Source of the DNA: Bacilli bacterium
Lineage (GTDB): Bacteria > Bacillota_I > Bacilli_A > RF39 > UBA660
Direction: 5' to 3'
Length of the DNA: 64,000 bases
NCBI GenBank assembly: GCA_028694645.1
Contig: JAQVKM010000004.1
Span: 210-64,209, forward strand
The notes under the pieces are model-generated. The model was not told the DNA's origin and did no database searches. It worked only from the letters and a program-made list of their open reading frames with translations. This document shows positions 53,472 to 62,883 of the stretch, piece by piece (the first letter of the stretch is position 1; the number at the start of each line of letters is the position of its first letter). A program made the translations under genes and the position numbers.

Positions 53472-53914
53472 TGAAATTACATACAATATATCCAAACGAA
53501 GGTTCTACAAAAACTCGTAAAAGAGTTGGACGTGGAGTTGGTAGTGGTTTAGGTAAAACAAGTGGACGTGGAGAAAATGGACAAAACTCAAGAAGTGGTG
53601 GTGGAGTAAGACCTGGCTTCGAAGGTGGGCAATTACCTTTATTCCGTCGTTTACCAAAAAGAGGATTTAGTAATGCAAAATTTAAAACAACATATGCAGT
53701 AATTAATTTAAGTGATTTAAATAATTTTGAAGAAAATACAGTTATAACACCAGAATTATTAAAAGACATGGGAATTTTAAAAAATCAATTAGATGGCGTA
53801 AAAGTTCTAGGAAACGGAACATTAGAAAAAAAATTAACTGTTAAAGCTAACAAATTTTCTAATATTGCTAAAGAAGAAATAGAAAAATTAGGTGGAAAAG
53901 CAGAGGTGATTTAA
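53471..53914 (+). CDS. rplO: 50S ribosomal protein L15
   Basis: 147 aa. Confidence 0.95.
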   Translation: MKLHTIYPNEGSTKTRKRVGRGVGSGLGKTSGRGENGQNSRSGGGVRPGFEGGQLPLFRRLPKRGFSNAKFKTTYAVINLSDLNNFEENTVITPELLKDMGILKNQLDGVKVLGNGTLEKKLTVKANKFSNIAKEEIEKLGGKAEVI

Positions 53915-53915
53915 A

Positions 53916-55184
53916 ATGTTTGCAGAATTTAAGCAAATATTTAATCCCAATAATAAAGATTTACAAAGAAAAATTTTATTTACCTTTGTAGCTTTATTTG
54001 TGTTTAAATTAGGAACAACAATAATTGTTCCAGGAATTGATGTAGATTCATTAGGAACTAACAATTTAGGCTTTTTGGAATTAATTAATGCTATGGGTGG
54101 AGGAGCTTTAGAACAATTTTCAATATTTGCTCTAGGAGTTATGCCATACATAACAGCATCGATTATTGTTCAATTATTACAAGCAGACATAATTCCGTAT
54201 TTTACAGAGTTATCAAAACAAGGTGGTACTGGAAGAACTAAGTTAAATAGAATAACTAGATATTTAGGTATTGCTTTAGCATTTATTCAAGGGTATATAT
54301 TTTCATTTGCATTTATTTCAAATGGAACACCTGTTGAATATATGTCATTTGCAGTTATTTTGACAGCAGGAACAGCTTTATTGCTATGGATTGGTGATCA
54401 AATAACAGCAAAAGGAATAGGAAATGGTATATCATTAATAATTATGGCTGGTATTATAGCAACGATGCCAAATATGTTTTATCAAACATGGACTAGTTTA
54501 GTTGATTTTACAACTACACAAACATTATTGTTTGGTTTAATAAAATTTATTATATTTTTAATAGTTTATGTAGCTATTATATTAGGAGTTGTATTTGTTG
54601 AATCTTCTGAAAGAAGAGTTCCAATTCAATATGCTAATAAATCAACATCAGCTAATGCCAGTAAAAATTATGTACCATTTAAATTGAACTCTGCGGGAGT
54701 TATTCCAGTAATTTTTGCCTCAATCATTATTTCAGTTCCAGGATTAATATCTCAAGTTGCTAAAAATGATTCGATTACTTTGTTTGTAAGTAAATATTTA
54801 ACTCAAACTAGTGTAACAGGATTTATATTGTATATTGCATGTATTTTTGCATTTACATATTTTTATACATTTTTTCAATTAAAACCAAAAGAATTAGCTG
54901 AAAATATAAATCAAAATGGTGGTTTTATACCGGGAGTTAGACCAGGCGAAGAAACTGTTACTTATTTAAATAAAGTACTTAGAAGAATTACAACAATTGG
55001 AGCAACAAGCTTGTCAATTATAGCAGCAATTCCTATTATATTTGGATTATTTCCTTCATTACCATCAAGTGTAAGAATAGGTGGAACAAGTTTACTTATT
55101 GTTGTTGGAGTGGCAGTAGAAACTTATAAACAACTATCAAGCGAATTAGTTACTCGTAGTTATGCAAGAGGTAGAAGAAAATGA
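53916..55184 (+). CDS. secY: Preprotein translocase subunit SecY
   Basis: 422 aa with 10 TM helices. Confidence 0.97.
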   Translation: MFAEFKQIFNPNNKDLQRKILFTFVALFVFKLGTTIIVPGIDVDSLGTNNLGFLELINAMGGGALEQFSIFALGVMPYITASIIVQLLQADIIPYFTELSKQGGTGRTKLNRITRYLGIALAFIQGYIFSFAFISNGTPVEYMSFAVILTAGTALLLWIGDQITAKGIGNGISLIIMAGIIATMPNMFYQTWTSLVDFTTTQTLLFGLIKFIIFLIVYVAIILGVVFVESSERRVPIQYANKSTSANASKNYVPFKLNSAGVIPVIFASIIISVPGLISQVAKNDSITLFVSKYLTQTSVTGFILYIACIFAFTYFYTFFQLKPKELAENINQNGGFIPGVRPGEETVTYLNKVLRRITTIGATSLSIIAAIPIIFGLFPSLPSSVRIGGTSLLIVVGVAVETYKQLSSELVTRSYARGRRK

Positions 55185-55828
55185 AAAGTATAATATTTAT
55201 AGCTCCGCCAGCAGCTGGTAAAGGAACGCAATCAATGTATATATGTGAAAAATATAATTTAACTCATATATCAACAGGTGATTTGTTAAGAGAAGAAGTA
55301 AAAAGTGGTAATGAATTTGGAAAACAAATTCAAGAGATAATGGAATCTGGATCATTAGTTAGCGATGATATAATATTAAAGCTTTTAACTAATAAGTTAG
55401 ATGAAATTAAAAATGGATATGTTTTAGACGGTTTTCCTAGAAACGTAAGTCAAGCAAAAGAATATGATAAAATTTTAGAAAATATAAATCAAAAATTAAA
55501 TTATGTTATATACTTGAACTTACCAAAGGAATTAGCTAAGAAACGTATTACAGGTAGAATATCTTGTCCAAATTGTGGGAATGTTTACAATGAAGAAATT
55601 GAAGAGAGCAAACCTTTGATAAATAATATTTGTGACAAATGTCATACTTCTCTTGTAAAAAGAAAAGATGATAATGAAGAAACTTTTGAAAAAAGATATG
55701 AAACTTATATAAATGAAACAGAGCCACTTGTTGAATACTATAAAAATCAAGGAAATTTGTTTATAATAGATAGTACTTTACCAAAAGAAGAAATATCTAA
55801 ACAAATTGAGAATATAATTAATGATTAG
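55181..55828 (+). CDS. adk: Adenylate kinase (zinc-lid type)
   Basis: P-loop GPPAAGKGTQ; lid with CPNCG...CDKC. Confidence 0.95.
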   Translation: MKSIIFIAPPAAGKGTQSMYICEKYNLTHISTGDLLREEVKSGNEFGKQIQEIMESGSLVSDDIILKLLTNKLDEIKNGYVLDGFPRNVSQAKEYDKILENINQKLNYVIYLNLPKELAKKRITGRISCPNCGNVYNEEIEESKPLINNICDKCHTSLVKRKDDNEETFEKRYETYINETEPLVEYYKNQGNLFIIDSTLPKEEISKQIENIIND

Positions 55829-56567
55829 TATTAAATCAAATCATGAAATTGAATTGATGCGCAAAGCTGGTGAAATAGTAGGCAATACTCATAATTATTT
55901 AAAAAATTATATTAAACCGGGAATTACTACTAAAGAATTAGATACATTAGCAAATGATTTTATTTTAAAATCAGGAGCTACCCCTTCTTTTAAAGGCCTA
56001 TATGGATTTCCAGGGGCTATTTGTATATCAGTAAATGATGAGATAGTTCATGGAATACCAGGCAAAAGAAAATTGAAAAATGGAGATATTGTAACGCTTG
56101 ATATTGGAGCATGTTATAAAGGTTATCATGGAGATTCAGCATGGACATATCCAGTTGGAAACATAAGACCAGAAATAGCAGAACTACTTAATCAAACAGA
56201 AGAATCTCTATTTTCAGGTTTATCTGTTATAAAGGAAGGAATACATCTTGGTGAAATTTCAAATGCAATTGAAACAACAGCAAGAAAATATAAATTAGGT
56301 ATTGTTAAAGAACTTGTTGGACATGGTATTGGTACCGAAGTTCATCAACAACCGGATATACCTAATTATGGTAAAAAAAATACTGGACCTATCTTAAAAG
56401 AAGGAATGACTCTAGCTATTGAACCAATGTTAAACATGGGAAGCGCTGATGTAGCCATGTTAGATGATGATTGGACAATAGTTACGATGGATGAACTTCC
56501 TTCAGCACATTTTGAACATACAGTGCTTGTTACAAAAGATGGGTATGAAATTTTAACAAAGAGGTGA
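55821..56567 (+). CDS. map: Methionine aminopeptidase type I
   Basis: 248 aa with metal ligands in conserved positions. Confidence 0.95.
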   Translation: MISIKSNHEIELMRKAGEIVGNTHNYLKNYIKPGITTKELDTLANDFILKSGATPSFKGLYGFPGAICISVNDEIVHGIPGKRKLKNGDIVTLDIGACYKGYHGDSAWTYPVGNIRPEIAELLNQTEESLFSGLSVIKEGIHLGEISNAIETTARKYKLGIVKELVGHGIGTEVHQQPDIPNYGKKNTGPILKEGMTLAIEPMLNMGSADVAMLDDDWTIVTMDELPSAHFEHTVLVTKDGYEILTKR

Positions 56568-56571
56568 TTAA

Positions 56572-56835
56572 ATGCCAAAAAAATATGTTAATAAGAAAAA
56601 ACCAATTGTAGAAGAAAATGTAACAAAAAAATCTGCAATAGAAGTAGAAGGAAAAGTATTAGAAGTTTTACCAGGAGGACAATTTAAGGTAGAACTTGTT
56701 AATAAACATACTGTAGTAGCTCACGTTTCTGGTAAAATCCGAATGAATTATATTCGCATCTTACCAGGCGATACAGTTGTGCTTGAATTGTCAGAATATG
56801 ATTTAACACGTGGGCGTATAACCTATAGAAAATAG
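56572..56835 (+). CDS. infA: Translation initiation factor IF-1 with Lys-rich N-terminal extension of about 15 aa
   Basis: 87 aa. The core from [22 protein letters not shown] is canonical IF-1 (S1-like OB fold). It is preceded by [20 protein letters not shown], and no in-frame alternative start lies downstream. An AGAGGTGAT RBS sits before the annotated ATG. Confidence 0.85.
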   Translation: MPKKYVNKKKPIVEENVTKKSAIEVEGKVLEVLPGGQFKVELVNKHTVVAHVSGKIRMNYIRILPGDTVVLELSEYDLTRGRITYRK

Positions 56836-56845
56836 GAGGGATATT

Positions 56846-56959
56846 GTGAAAGTTAAACCATCAGTAAAACCAATCTGTTCAGATTGTAAAGTTATTAAAA
56901 GAAATGGGACTGTAAGAGTTATCTGCAAAAACCCAAAACATAAACAAAGACAAGGTTAA
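56846..56959 (+). CDS. rpmJ: 50S ribosomal protein L36
   Basis: Untracked 37-aa ORF with GTG start: [37 protein letters not shown] (C-x2-C ... C zinc ribbon). An AGGAGGG RBS lies at 56834..56840. Confidence 0.8.
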   Translation: MKVKPSVKPICSDCKVIKRNGTVRVICKNPKHKQRQG

Positions 56960-56974
56960 TATAGGAGGTGTTTT

Positions 56975-57340
56975 ATGGCACGTATTAAAGGTGTAGATAT
57001 ACCAAATAATAAAAGAATTGAAATATCATTAACTTATATTTATGGTGTTGGTAGAAGTTTATCAAATAAAATTTTAACTGATGCACAAGTTGATGTAAAC
57101 AAAAGAGCGGGCGAATTAGACAATGATGAATTAGGTCGTATTCGTACTGAAATAGAAAAACACTCTATTGAAGGTGATTTAAGACGTGAAGTAAATATGA
57201 ATATTAAAACAAAAATGGAAATAAATTCATATGAAGGGTCTCGTCATAAAAAAGGATTACCTGTTAGAGGACAAAGAACAAATAGAAATGCTAGAACTCG
57301 TAAGGGTAAAGGTAAAACTGTTGCAAATAAGAAAAAATAA
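56975..57340 (+). CDS. rpsM: 30S ribosomal protein S13
   Basis: 121 aa. Confidence 0.95.
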   Translation: MARIKGVDIPNNKRIEISLTYIYGVGRSLSNKILTDAQVDVNKRAGELDNDELGRIRTEIEKHSIEGDLRREVNMNIKTKMEINSYEGSRHKKGLPVRGQRTNRNARTRKGKGKTVANKKK

Positions 57341-57366
57341 TTAAACTTTAAAAGGAGGTTATATAC

Positions 57367-57750
57367 ATGGCTTATAAACCAAGAAAACGTAAAGTTAAAA
57401 AGAATGTACCAGAAGGAAAAGCATACATTAATTCAACTTTCAATAACACTATTGTAACAATTAGTGATAATGAAGGAAATGCAATTAGTTGGGCTTCAGC
57501 TGGAACATTAGGTTTTAAAGGAAGTAAAAAATCAACTCCATTTGCAGCTGGAATGTCAGCAGAAGCTGCTGGTAAAACTGCATATGATATGGGAATGAGA
57601 AAAGTAGAAGTTTTTGTAAAAGGTCTAGGATCTGGACGTGAAACTGCTATTCGTTCATTACAAACAGCTGGTCTTGAAATATTATCAATCACTGATGTAA
57701 CACCTGTACCACATAATGGATGCCGTCCACCAAAACGTCCACGTGGATAA
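57367..57750 (+). CDS. rpsK: 30S ribosomal protein S11
   Basis: 127 aa. Confidence 0.95.
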   Translation: MAYKPRKRKVKKNVPEGKAYINSTFNNTIVTISDNEGNAISWASAGTLGFKGSKKSTPFAAGMSAEAAGKTAYDMGMRKVEVFVKGLGSGRETAIRSLQTAGLEILSITDVTPVPHNGCRPPKRPRG

Positions 57751-57770
57751 AAGAAAAGGAGTGTGTAAAA

Positions 57771-58721
57771 GTGTTAAACTTTGAAAAACCAATTTACAAA
57801 ATAACTAATTATATTGAAAATAGTAATTATGGAAAATTTGAATTAGAACCTTTAGAAAGAGGGTTCGGAACAACAATTGGACATGCACTTAGAAGAGTTA
57901 TGCTATCAAGTATGCCTGGTAGTGCTATCGTTGCTGTTAAAATTGAAGGAGTTATGCATGAATTTCAAACAATTGATGGAATTGTTGAAGATGTAACATC
58001 TATTATTTTAAATTTAAAAAATGTAGTTGTTAAAAATAATTCTAATGAAGATGTAATAGCTCGTATATCTGTTTCAGAAGAAAGAGTAATAACAGCAGCT
58101 GATATAGTTGTTGATCCAACAGTTGAAATAATTAATAAAGATCAAGAAATTGCTACTTTATCAAAGGGTGGAAAACTTGATATGGAATTAATTATTTCAA
58201 ACGGTAGAGGATATATTCCTTCAAATGAAAATAAAAAATTTACAGATAATAATAAGATAGGATATATTCCGATTGATGCTTTATACTCACCAATTGAAAG
58301 AATTCGCTATGATGTAGAAAATGCTCGTGTTGGTCAAGATGCAAATTATGATAAACTTATTATGGAAGTTTATACTAATGGATCACTTCGCCCAGAAGAA
58401 GCTATGGCTTTAGGAGCAAAAATCTTAATTGAACATTTAAATATATTAACAGATTTAAGTGAAATAGCAGATACTACTGGTGTTATGAATGCTAAACAAG
58501 AAGATAGCAAACTTAAAAAATTAGAAACATCTATCGATGATTTAGATTTTTCTGTTAGAGCTTATAACTGTTTAAAAAGAGCAGGAGTTAACACTTTAGG
58601 TGATTTGACAGAAAAAACAGAATTAGAAATGATGAAAATTCGTAATTTAGGTAAAAAATCTTTAAAAGAAGTAATTGATAAAATTAAAGATATGGGACTT
58701 AAATTCCGTGATGAAGACTAA
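57771..58721 (+). CDS. rpoA: DNA-directed RNA polymerase subunit alpha
   Basis: Start moved to GTG (VLNFEKP...) 9 nt after an AAAGGAG RBS. The N-terminal dimerisation domain and the alpha-CTD (DLDFSVRAYNCLKRAGV) are present. Confidence 0.9.
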   Translation: MLNFEKPIYKITNYIENSNYGKFELEPLERGFGTTIGHALRRVMLSSMPGSAIVAVKIEGVMHEFQTIDGIVEDVTSIILNLKNVVVKNNSNEDVIARISVSEERVITAADIVVDPTVEIINKDQEIATLSKGGKLDMELIISNGRGYIPSNENKKFTDNNKIGYIPIDALYSPIERIRYDVENARVGQDANYDKLIMEVYTNGSLRPEEAMALGAKILIEHLNILTDLSEIADTTGVMNAKQEDSKLKKLETSIDDLDFSVRAYNCLKRAGVNTLGDLTEKTELEMMKIRNLGKKSLKEVIDKIKDMGLKFRDED

Positions 58722-58739
58722 TAGAACGGAGGAATAAAT

Positions 58740-59096
58740 ATGGCTTATAGAAAATTAGGACGTACTAATAAACATAGAAGAAGTATGTTAGCTAATTTAA
58801 CTAAATCATTAATCATGAATGAAAAAATAGAAACTACTGAAACTAGAGCTAAAGAAGTAAGAAAATTTTTAGATAAAATGGTTACTTATGGAAAAAATGG
58901 TTCATTAGTTTCAAGAAGAAAAGCTTTAGCTTTCTTACAAAATGATAATGCTTCAGTTAAAAAAGTTTTTGATGACTTAGCTGTACGTTATGCCAATAGA
59001 AATGGTGGATATACAAGAATTTTAAAATTAACTGAACGTAGAGGAGACGATGCGTTAATAGTTATTTTAGAATTAGTAGAAGGAGATGCTGCATAA
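58740..59096 (+). CDS. rplQ: 50S ribosomal protein L17
   Basis: 118 aa. Followed by a hairpin terminator ATGCT-GCATA-AGCAT plus T8 at 59082..59108. Confidence 0.95.
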   Translation: MAYRKLGRTNKHRRSMLANLTKSLIMNEKIETTETRAKEVRKFLDKMVTYGKNGSLVSRRKALAFLQNDNASVKKVFDDLAVRYANRNGGYTRILKLTERRGDDALIVILELVEGDAA

Positions 59097-59156
59097 GCAT
59101 TTTTTTTGTTGACAAGAAGAAAAAAAAAATATATTATTAATATAGGAGGATTGTAT

Positions 59157-59489
59157 ATGAATTTATTTAGCTCAGAAAAAGGAACTATTTTCAAATTAAC
59201 AAATGCTATACTTTTAATTTGGTTAATTGGAGCCATAATATTACTAGTAACTAGTTTTATTAATTTCGGTATAAAAGAACCAGAAATAAAATATACATAT
59301 GAAGAATTTCAAAAAGCAGAATGCGAATATAGTTTAGATGAAGAAGAATGTAAATTAGATTACAAAGAGTATAATCTTGAAGAAGAACAAGATGAATATG
59401 ACTTGAAAATAACTATTTTAACTTCAATAGCAAATATAATCATAATTGGGGGAGTTATATTTGCATTAAATAAAAAAAAATATAATTAA
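59157..59489 (+). CDS. Hypothetical two-TM membrane protein with acidic Cys-containing loop (110 aa)
   Basis: Start moved to MNLFSSEKG (AGGAGGA RBS). It has its own promoter: -35 TTGACA at 59110..59115 and a TATATT/TATTAT -10 region. The loop AECEYSLDEEECKLDYKEYNLEEEQDEYD lies between the two TM helices. A terminator AAGAGT-TTTAAT-ACTCTT plus a T run follows at 59491..59516. Confidence 0.45.
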   Translation: MNLFSSEKGTIFKLTNAILLIWLIGAIILLVTSFINFGIKEPEIKYTYEEFQKAECEYSLDEEECKLDYKEYNLEEEQDEYDLKITILTSIANIIIIGGVIFALNKKKYN

Positions 59490-59566
59490 AAAGAGTTTTA
59501 ATACTCTTTTTATTTGTTTAATTGAAATATTTCAATAATTATTATATAATTGTAATAGGTGATAAT

Positions 59567-60322
59567 ATGGTAGCATTAATAACAGGAGCAAGTTCTGGTA
59601 TAGGACGTGAAATGGCAAAGATATTAAGTGAAAAAGGTTATGATTTAATATTAGTAGCTAGAAGGAAAAAAAGATTACAAGATTTAAAAAAAGAGCTTAA
59701 GACAAATGTTGAAATAATTAATATGGATATATCTTCAACTTTTAATTGTATGAGTTTATATGAACAAGTTAAAGATAAAAATATAGACATACTAATTAAT
59801 AATGCTGGTTTTGGGATATTTGGGGAATTCTTAGATTCTAATTTAGATAAAGAATTAGATTTAATTGATACAAATATAAAAGCAACACATATATTAACAA
59901 AATTATTTTTAAAAGATTTTAAAAATAAAGATGAAGGATATATCTTGAATGTTGTTTCATCAGCTGGGTTTATGCCTGGTGGACCACTAATGAGTAGTTA
60001 TTATGCTTCTAAAAGCTATGTATTATCTTTAACTAGTTCTATTTATGAGGAATTGAAAAAAACAAAAAGTAATGTTTATATTGGAGCATTATGTCCTGGG
60101 CCTGTTGATACAGAATTTAATAAAGTAGCAAAAGTAAAATTTGGCATTAAATCATTATCAGCTTCATATGTAGCTAATTATGCAATTAAAAATATGTTTA
60201 AAAGAAAATTATATATAATACCGGGATTTAATATGAGAATATCTACTATTTTTTCAAAAATTTTGTCAAGAAAAGTTCTTTTGAAAATAGCATATAATAT
60301 TCAAAGAAAAAAGGAGTTATAA
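59567..60322 (+). CDS. Short-chain dehydrogenase/reductase (classical SDR)
   Basis: Start moved to MVALITGASSGIGRE (cofactor motif TGASSGIG) with NNAG and catalytic YASKSY (YxxxK). The promoter is TTGAAA-N17-TATAAT at 59524..59552, overlapping a TTGAAATATTTCAA palindrome. Confidence 0.8.
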   Translation: MVALITGASSGIGREMAKILSEKGYDLILVARRKKRLQDLKKELKTNVEIINMDISSTFNCMSLYEQVKDKNIDILINNAGFGIFGEFLDSNLDKELDLIDTNIKATHILTKLFLKDFKNKDEGYILNVVSSAGFMPGGPLMSSYYASKSYVLSLTSSIYEELKKTKSNVYIGALCPGPVDTEFNKVAKVKFGIKSLSASYVANYAIKNMFKRKLYIIPGFNMRISTIFSKILSRKVLLKIAYNIQRKKEL

Positions 60323-60323
60323 T

Positions 60324-61010
60324 ATGAAACGTGGATTTACACTTATAGAATTAATAGCATCTTTAATAATTCTTTCAATAGTAGCTCTTATTGTTACACC
60401 AAATATATATAGCAGTATAAAAAATTATCGTGAGCAATTATATGCCACACAAATAAAATCACTTGAAACAGCAGCTAAAAACTGGGTTGCTGACAATGTT
60501 GATACAGCTATAAGCTTGGAAGAAAATAATTATAGAACTTACGTTTTTATTGATGACCTTCAAGCTGGAGGATATATTGATCAAGACTTAAAAAATCCCA
60601 ATACGGGGAAAAAATTTAATAATCTAACATTTGTAATTATTGAAACAATTATTATTGAGGCTAACGAATTTAATTCAGAAAATTATAAATATAAATATAC
60701 AGTAATTGATACAACAGATAAATATATTAAGTATTTAGCTCAGTGTTGGTTAAAAGATAATTCTAGTTCTTTGGATTACAACTCAATTACTACAACAGAA
60801 GAAAAATTATTAACAACAGTAACAAAAGAAAATATGTTAATAAAAGAAAATGATGAATATAAATATGCATATTCATCAATTATTGAATCAATTACAAGTA
60901 GTATAAAGGATATAGAAACAGGAACATTAATAACAAACTTCAGTGCTGAAATATATGCAATTAAAACAGATGAAGGATATTCTTATACATATAGATCTAT
61001 TACTGGATAA
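60324..61010 (+). CDS. Type IV pilin-like protein with prepilin N-terminal cleavage/methylation motif (228 aa)
   Basis: The N-terminus MKRG|FTLIELIASLIILSIVALIV is a class III signal peptide (G at -1, E at +5, hydrophobic helix). The start lies 1 nt after the SDR stop, suggesting translational coupling. No pilus assembly genes are present in the window. Confidence 0.7.
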   Translation: MKRGFTLIELIASLIILSIVALIVTPNIYSSIKNYREQLYATQIKSLETAAKNWVADNVDTAISLEENNYRTYVFIDDLQAGGYIDQDLKNPNTGKKFNNLTFVIIETIIIEANEFNSENYKYKYTVIDTTDKYIKYLAQCWLKDNSSSLDYNSITTTEEKLLTTVTKENMLIKENDEYKYAYSSIIESITSSIKDIETGTLITNFSAEIYAIKTDEGYSYTYRSITG

Positions 61011-61024
61011 TAAAAATTATATGT

Positions 61025-61825
61025 TTATTTTAATGAAATATCCAAAATCATCATTATAAGGAAACCAAATAAAGTGAAAAAGGCCATTAAGTCTTTTTTT
61101 TCATTTGTTTGACTTTCAGGTATTAGTTCTTGAACAACCACATAAATCATTGCACCGGCAGCAAAAGACAATAAAAAAGGCAAAAAAATTCTTATTTTTA
61201 AAACTAAAAGAGAACCTAAAATAGCTGCTAATGGCTCTACTGCCCCACTTAATTGACCGTAAAAAAAAGATTTTTTTCTGGAATATCCTTCTCTTCTAAG
61301 AGGAACACTAACAGCCATTCCTTCTGGAAAATTTTGTAATCCAATTCCAAAAGCTAAAATAACAGATGTAATAATACTTGCTCCCTCTAAATTATATTTA
61401 ATTGAACCAAAAGCAACTCCTACAGCCATTCCTTCTGGAATATTATGTAACGTAATAGAAAAAATTAACATCAAACATCTTTTAAAACTATTTATGTTAT
61501 TTTTATCAATATTCTTACTACATTTATTAAATATTTTATCACCAATAAAAAGTAAAATTCCACCACATAAAAATCCAGTTGAAATAGTTATCCAAACAAT
61601 CATTTTTAAATTTTGGGCCATTTCAATAGCTGGTGAAAGCAAAGACCAAAAAGAAGCTGAAATCATTACTCCAGCTGCAAAACCTAACATTGCATCCATA
61701 ATATTCTTATTAATTTTTTTAAAAACAAAAACTAAGGACGCACCTAAAGCAGTTACTCCCCATGTAAATATAGTAGCTAAAAAAGCAAGAAAAATAGGAT
61801 TTAAATTTTCTAATAAACTTAACAT
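61025..61825 (-). CDS. zupT: ZIP-family metal transporter (ZupT-like)
   Basis: 266 aa with 8 TM helices and HNIPEGMAVG / NFPEGMAVS signature motifs. Confidence 0.8.
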   Translation of the reverse strand: MLSLLENLNPIFLAFLATIFTWGVTALGASLVFVFKKINKNIMDAMLGFAAGVMISASFWSLLSPAIEMAQNLKMIVWITISTGFLCGGILLFIGDKIFNKCSKNIDKNNINSFKRCLMLIFSITLHNIPEGMAVGVAFGSIKYNLEGASIITSVILAFGIGLQNFPEGMAVSVPLRREGYSRKKSFFYGQLSGAVEPLAAILGSLLVLKIRIFLPFLLSFAAGAMIYVVVQELIPESQTNEKKDLMAFFTLFGFLIMMILDISLK

Positions 61826-61931
61826 ATTATCACCACTATCATATATTATTCAAGTTATTATTTATAATATAGGCTAAAGCATATGATATCAATTTTACTA
61901 AAAATATAGTATAATATTAACAGGTGATTAA

Positions 61932-62870
61932 ATGAAAAAAATTGTAATATTAGGCGGAGGAACAGGAATGTCAACTTTATTAAGAGGTCTAAAATTATTT
62001 CCTCTTGATATAACCGCAGTTGTATCTGTTTGTGATGATGGAAAAAGTACAGGAATATTAAGAAAAGAATTTAATACTGTTGCTGTTGGAGATATTAGAA
62101 GAGTACTTGTTTCATTATCTGAAACAGAGCCATTGTTTGAAGAACTTCTTAACTATAGATTTAATACAACTAGTGATTTAAATGGGCATACTATAGGTAA
62201 CTTATTGCTAACTGCATTATCAAATATTACTGGAAACATGTCATATGGAATCGAAACAATAGGAAAAGTGTTAAAATTAAAGGGAAAAGTTTTACCCTTA
62301 ACCGAACAAAATACAACTTTAATGGGAGAAATGACAGATGGAACTATTATAAAAGGAGAACACAATATTACATTCAGTAATAAAAAAATAAAAAAATTTT
62401 TTTACGACGAAGAAATTAAAGTGAATTCATCAGTATTACAAGCAATAGAAGAAGCAGACTTAATTATATTAAGTATGGGAAGCTTATACACAAGTATAAT
62501 ACCTAATTTAATCAATAAACAAATAATAGAAACAATAGATAAAAGCAAAGCTAAAATAATGTATGCCTGCAATATGATGACACAGCCTGGAGAAACTGAT
62601 GATTTTAAAGTTAGCAATCATATTGATACAATAAATGAATATTTAGGAAATAAAAAAATTGAAATTGTTCTAGCTAATAAAGGTAAAATACCAAACGAAA
62701 TATTAGAAAAATATGAAACACTAGAACAAAAAGACCAAGTGATTTTAGACAAAAAAAATATAAAAAATGTAAAATTAATAACAGATAATTATGTAACAAT
62801 AGAAGATAATATAATAAGACATAAAGTTGATAAGTTATCTTTAGATATATATGGATACTTAATAAAATAA
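61932..62870 (+). CDS. yvcK: Gluconeogenesis factor / YvcK (CofD-like UPF0052) family protein
   Basis: 312 aa with N-terminal ILGGGTG...CDDGKSTG signature. Confidence 0.85.
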   Translation: MKKIVILGGGTGMSTLLRGLKLFPLDITAVVSVCDDGKSTGILRKEFNTVAVGDIRRVLVSLSETEPLFEELLNYRFNTTSDLNGHTIGNLLLTALSNITGNMSYGIETIGKVLKLKGKVLPLTEQNTTLMGEMTDGTIIKGEHNITFSNKKIKKFFYDEEIKVNSSVLQAIEEADLIILSMGSLYTSIIPNLINKQIIETIDKSKAKIMYACNMMTQPGETDDFKVSNHIDTINEYLGNKKIEIVLANKGKIPNEILEKYETLEQKDQVILDKKNIKNVKLITDNYVTIEDNIIRHKVDKLSLDIYGYLIK

Positions 62871-62883
62871 GGTGGTGAATTAA

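Noticed and set aside
57736-57752. CCACGTGGATAA inside rpsK/rpoA junction and GCACGTGAATTAC at 50461 as extra parS sites
   Set aside because: Only the CACGTG core matches; the flanks match at no more than 2 of 5 positions per arm.
59518-59535. TTGAAATATTTCAA perfect palindrome at the SDR promoter as a second Noc-type operator
   Set aside because: It lacks the CCC/GGG core of the NBS and coincides with a TTGAAA -35 element. It is probably a promoter-sequence coincidence in AT-rich DNA, although the same TTGAAATATTTC start occurs at the noc-like promoter.
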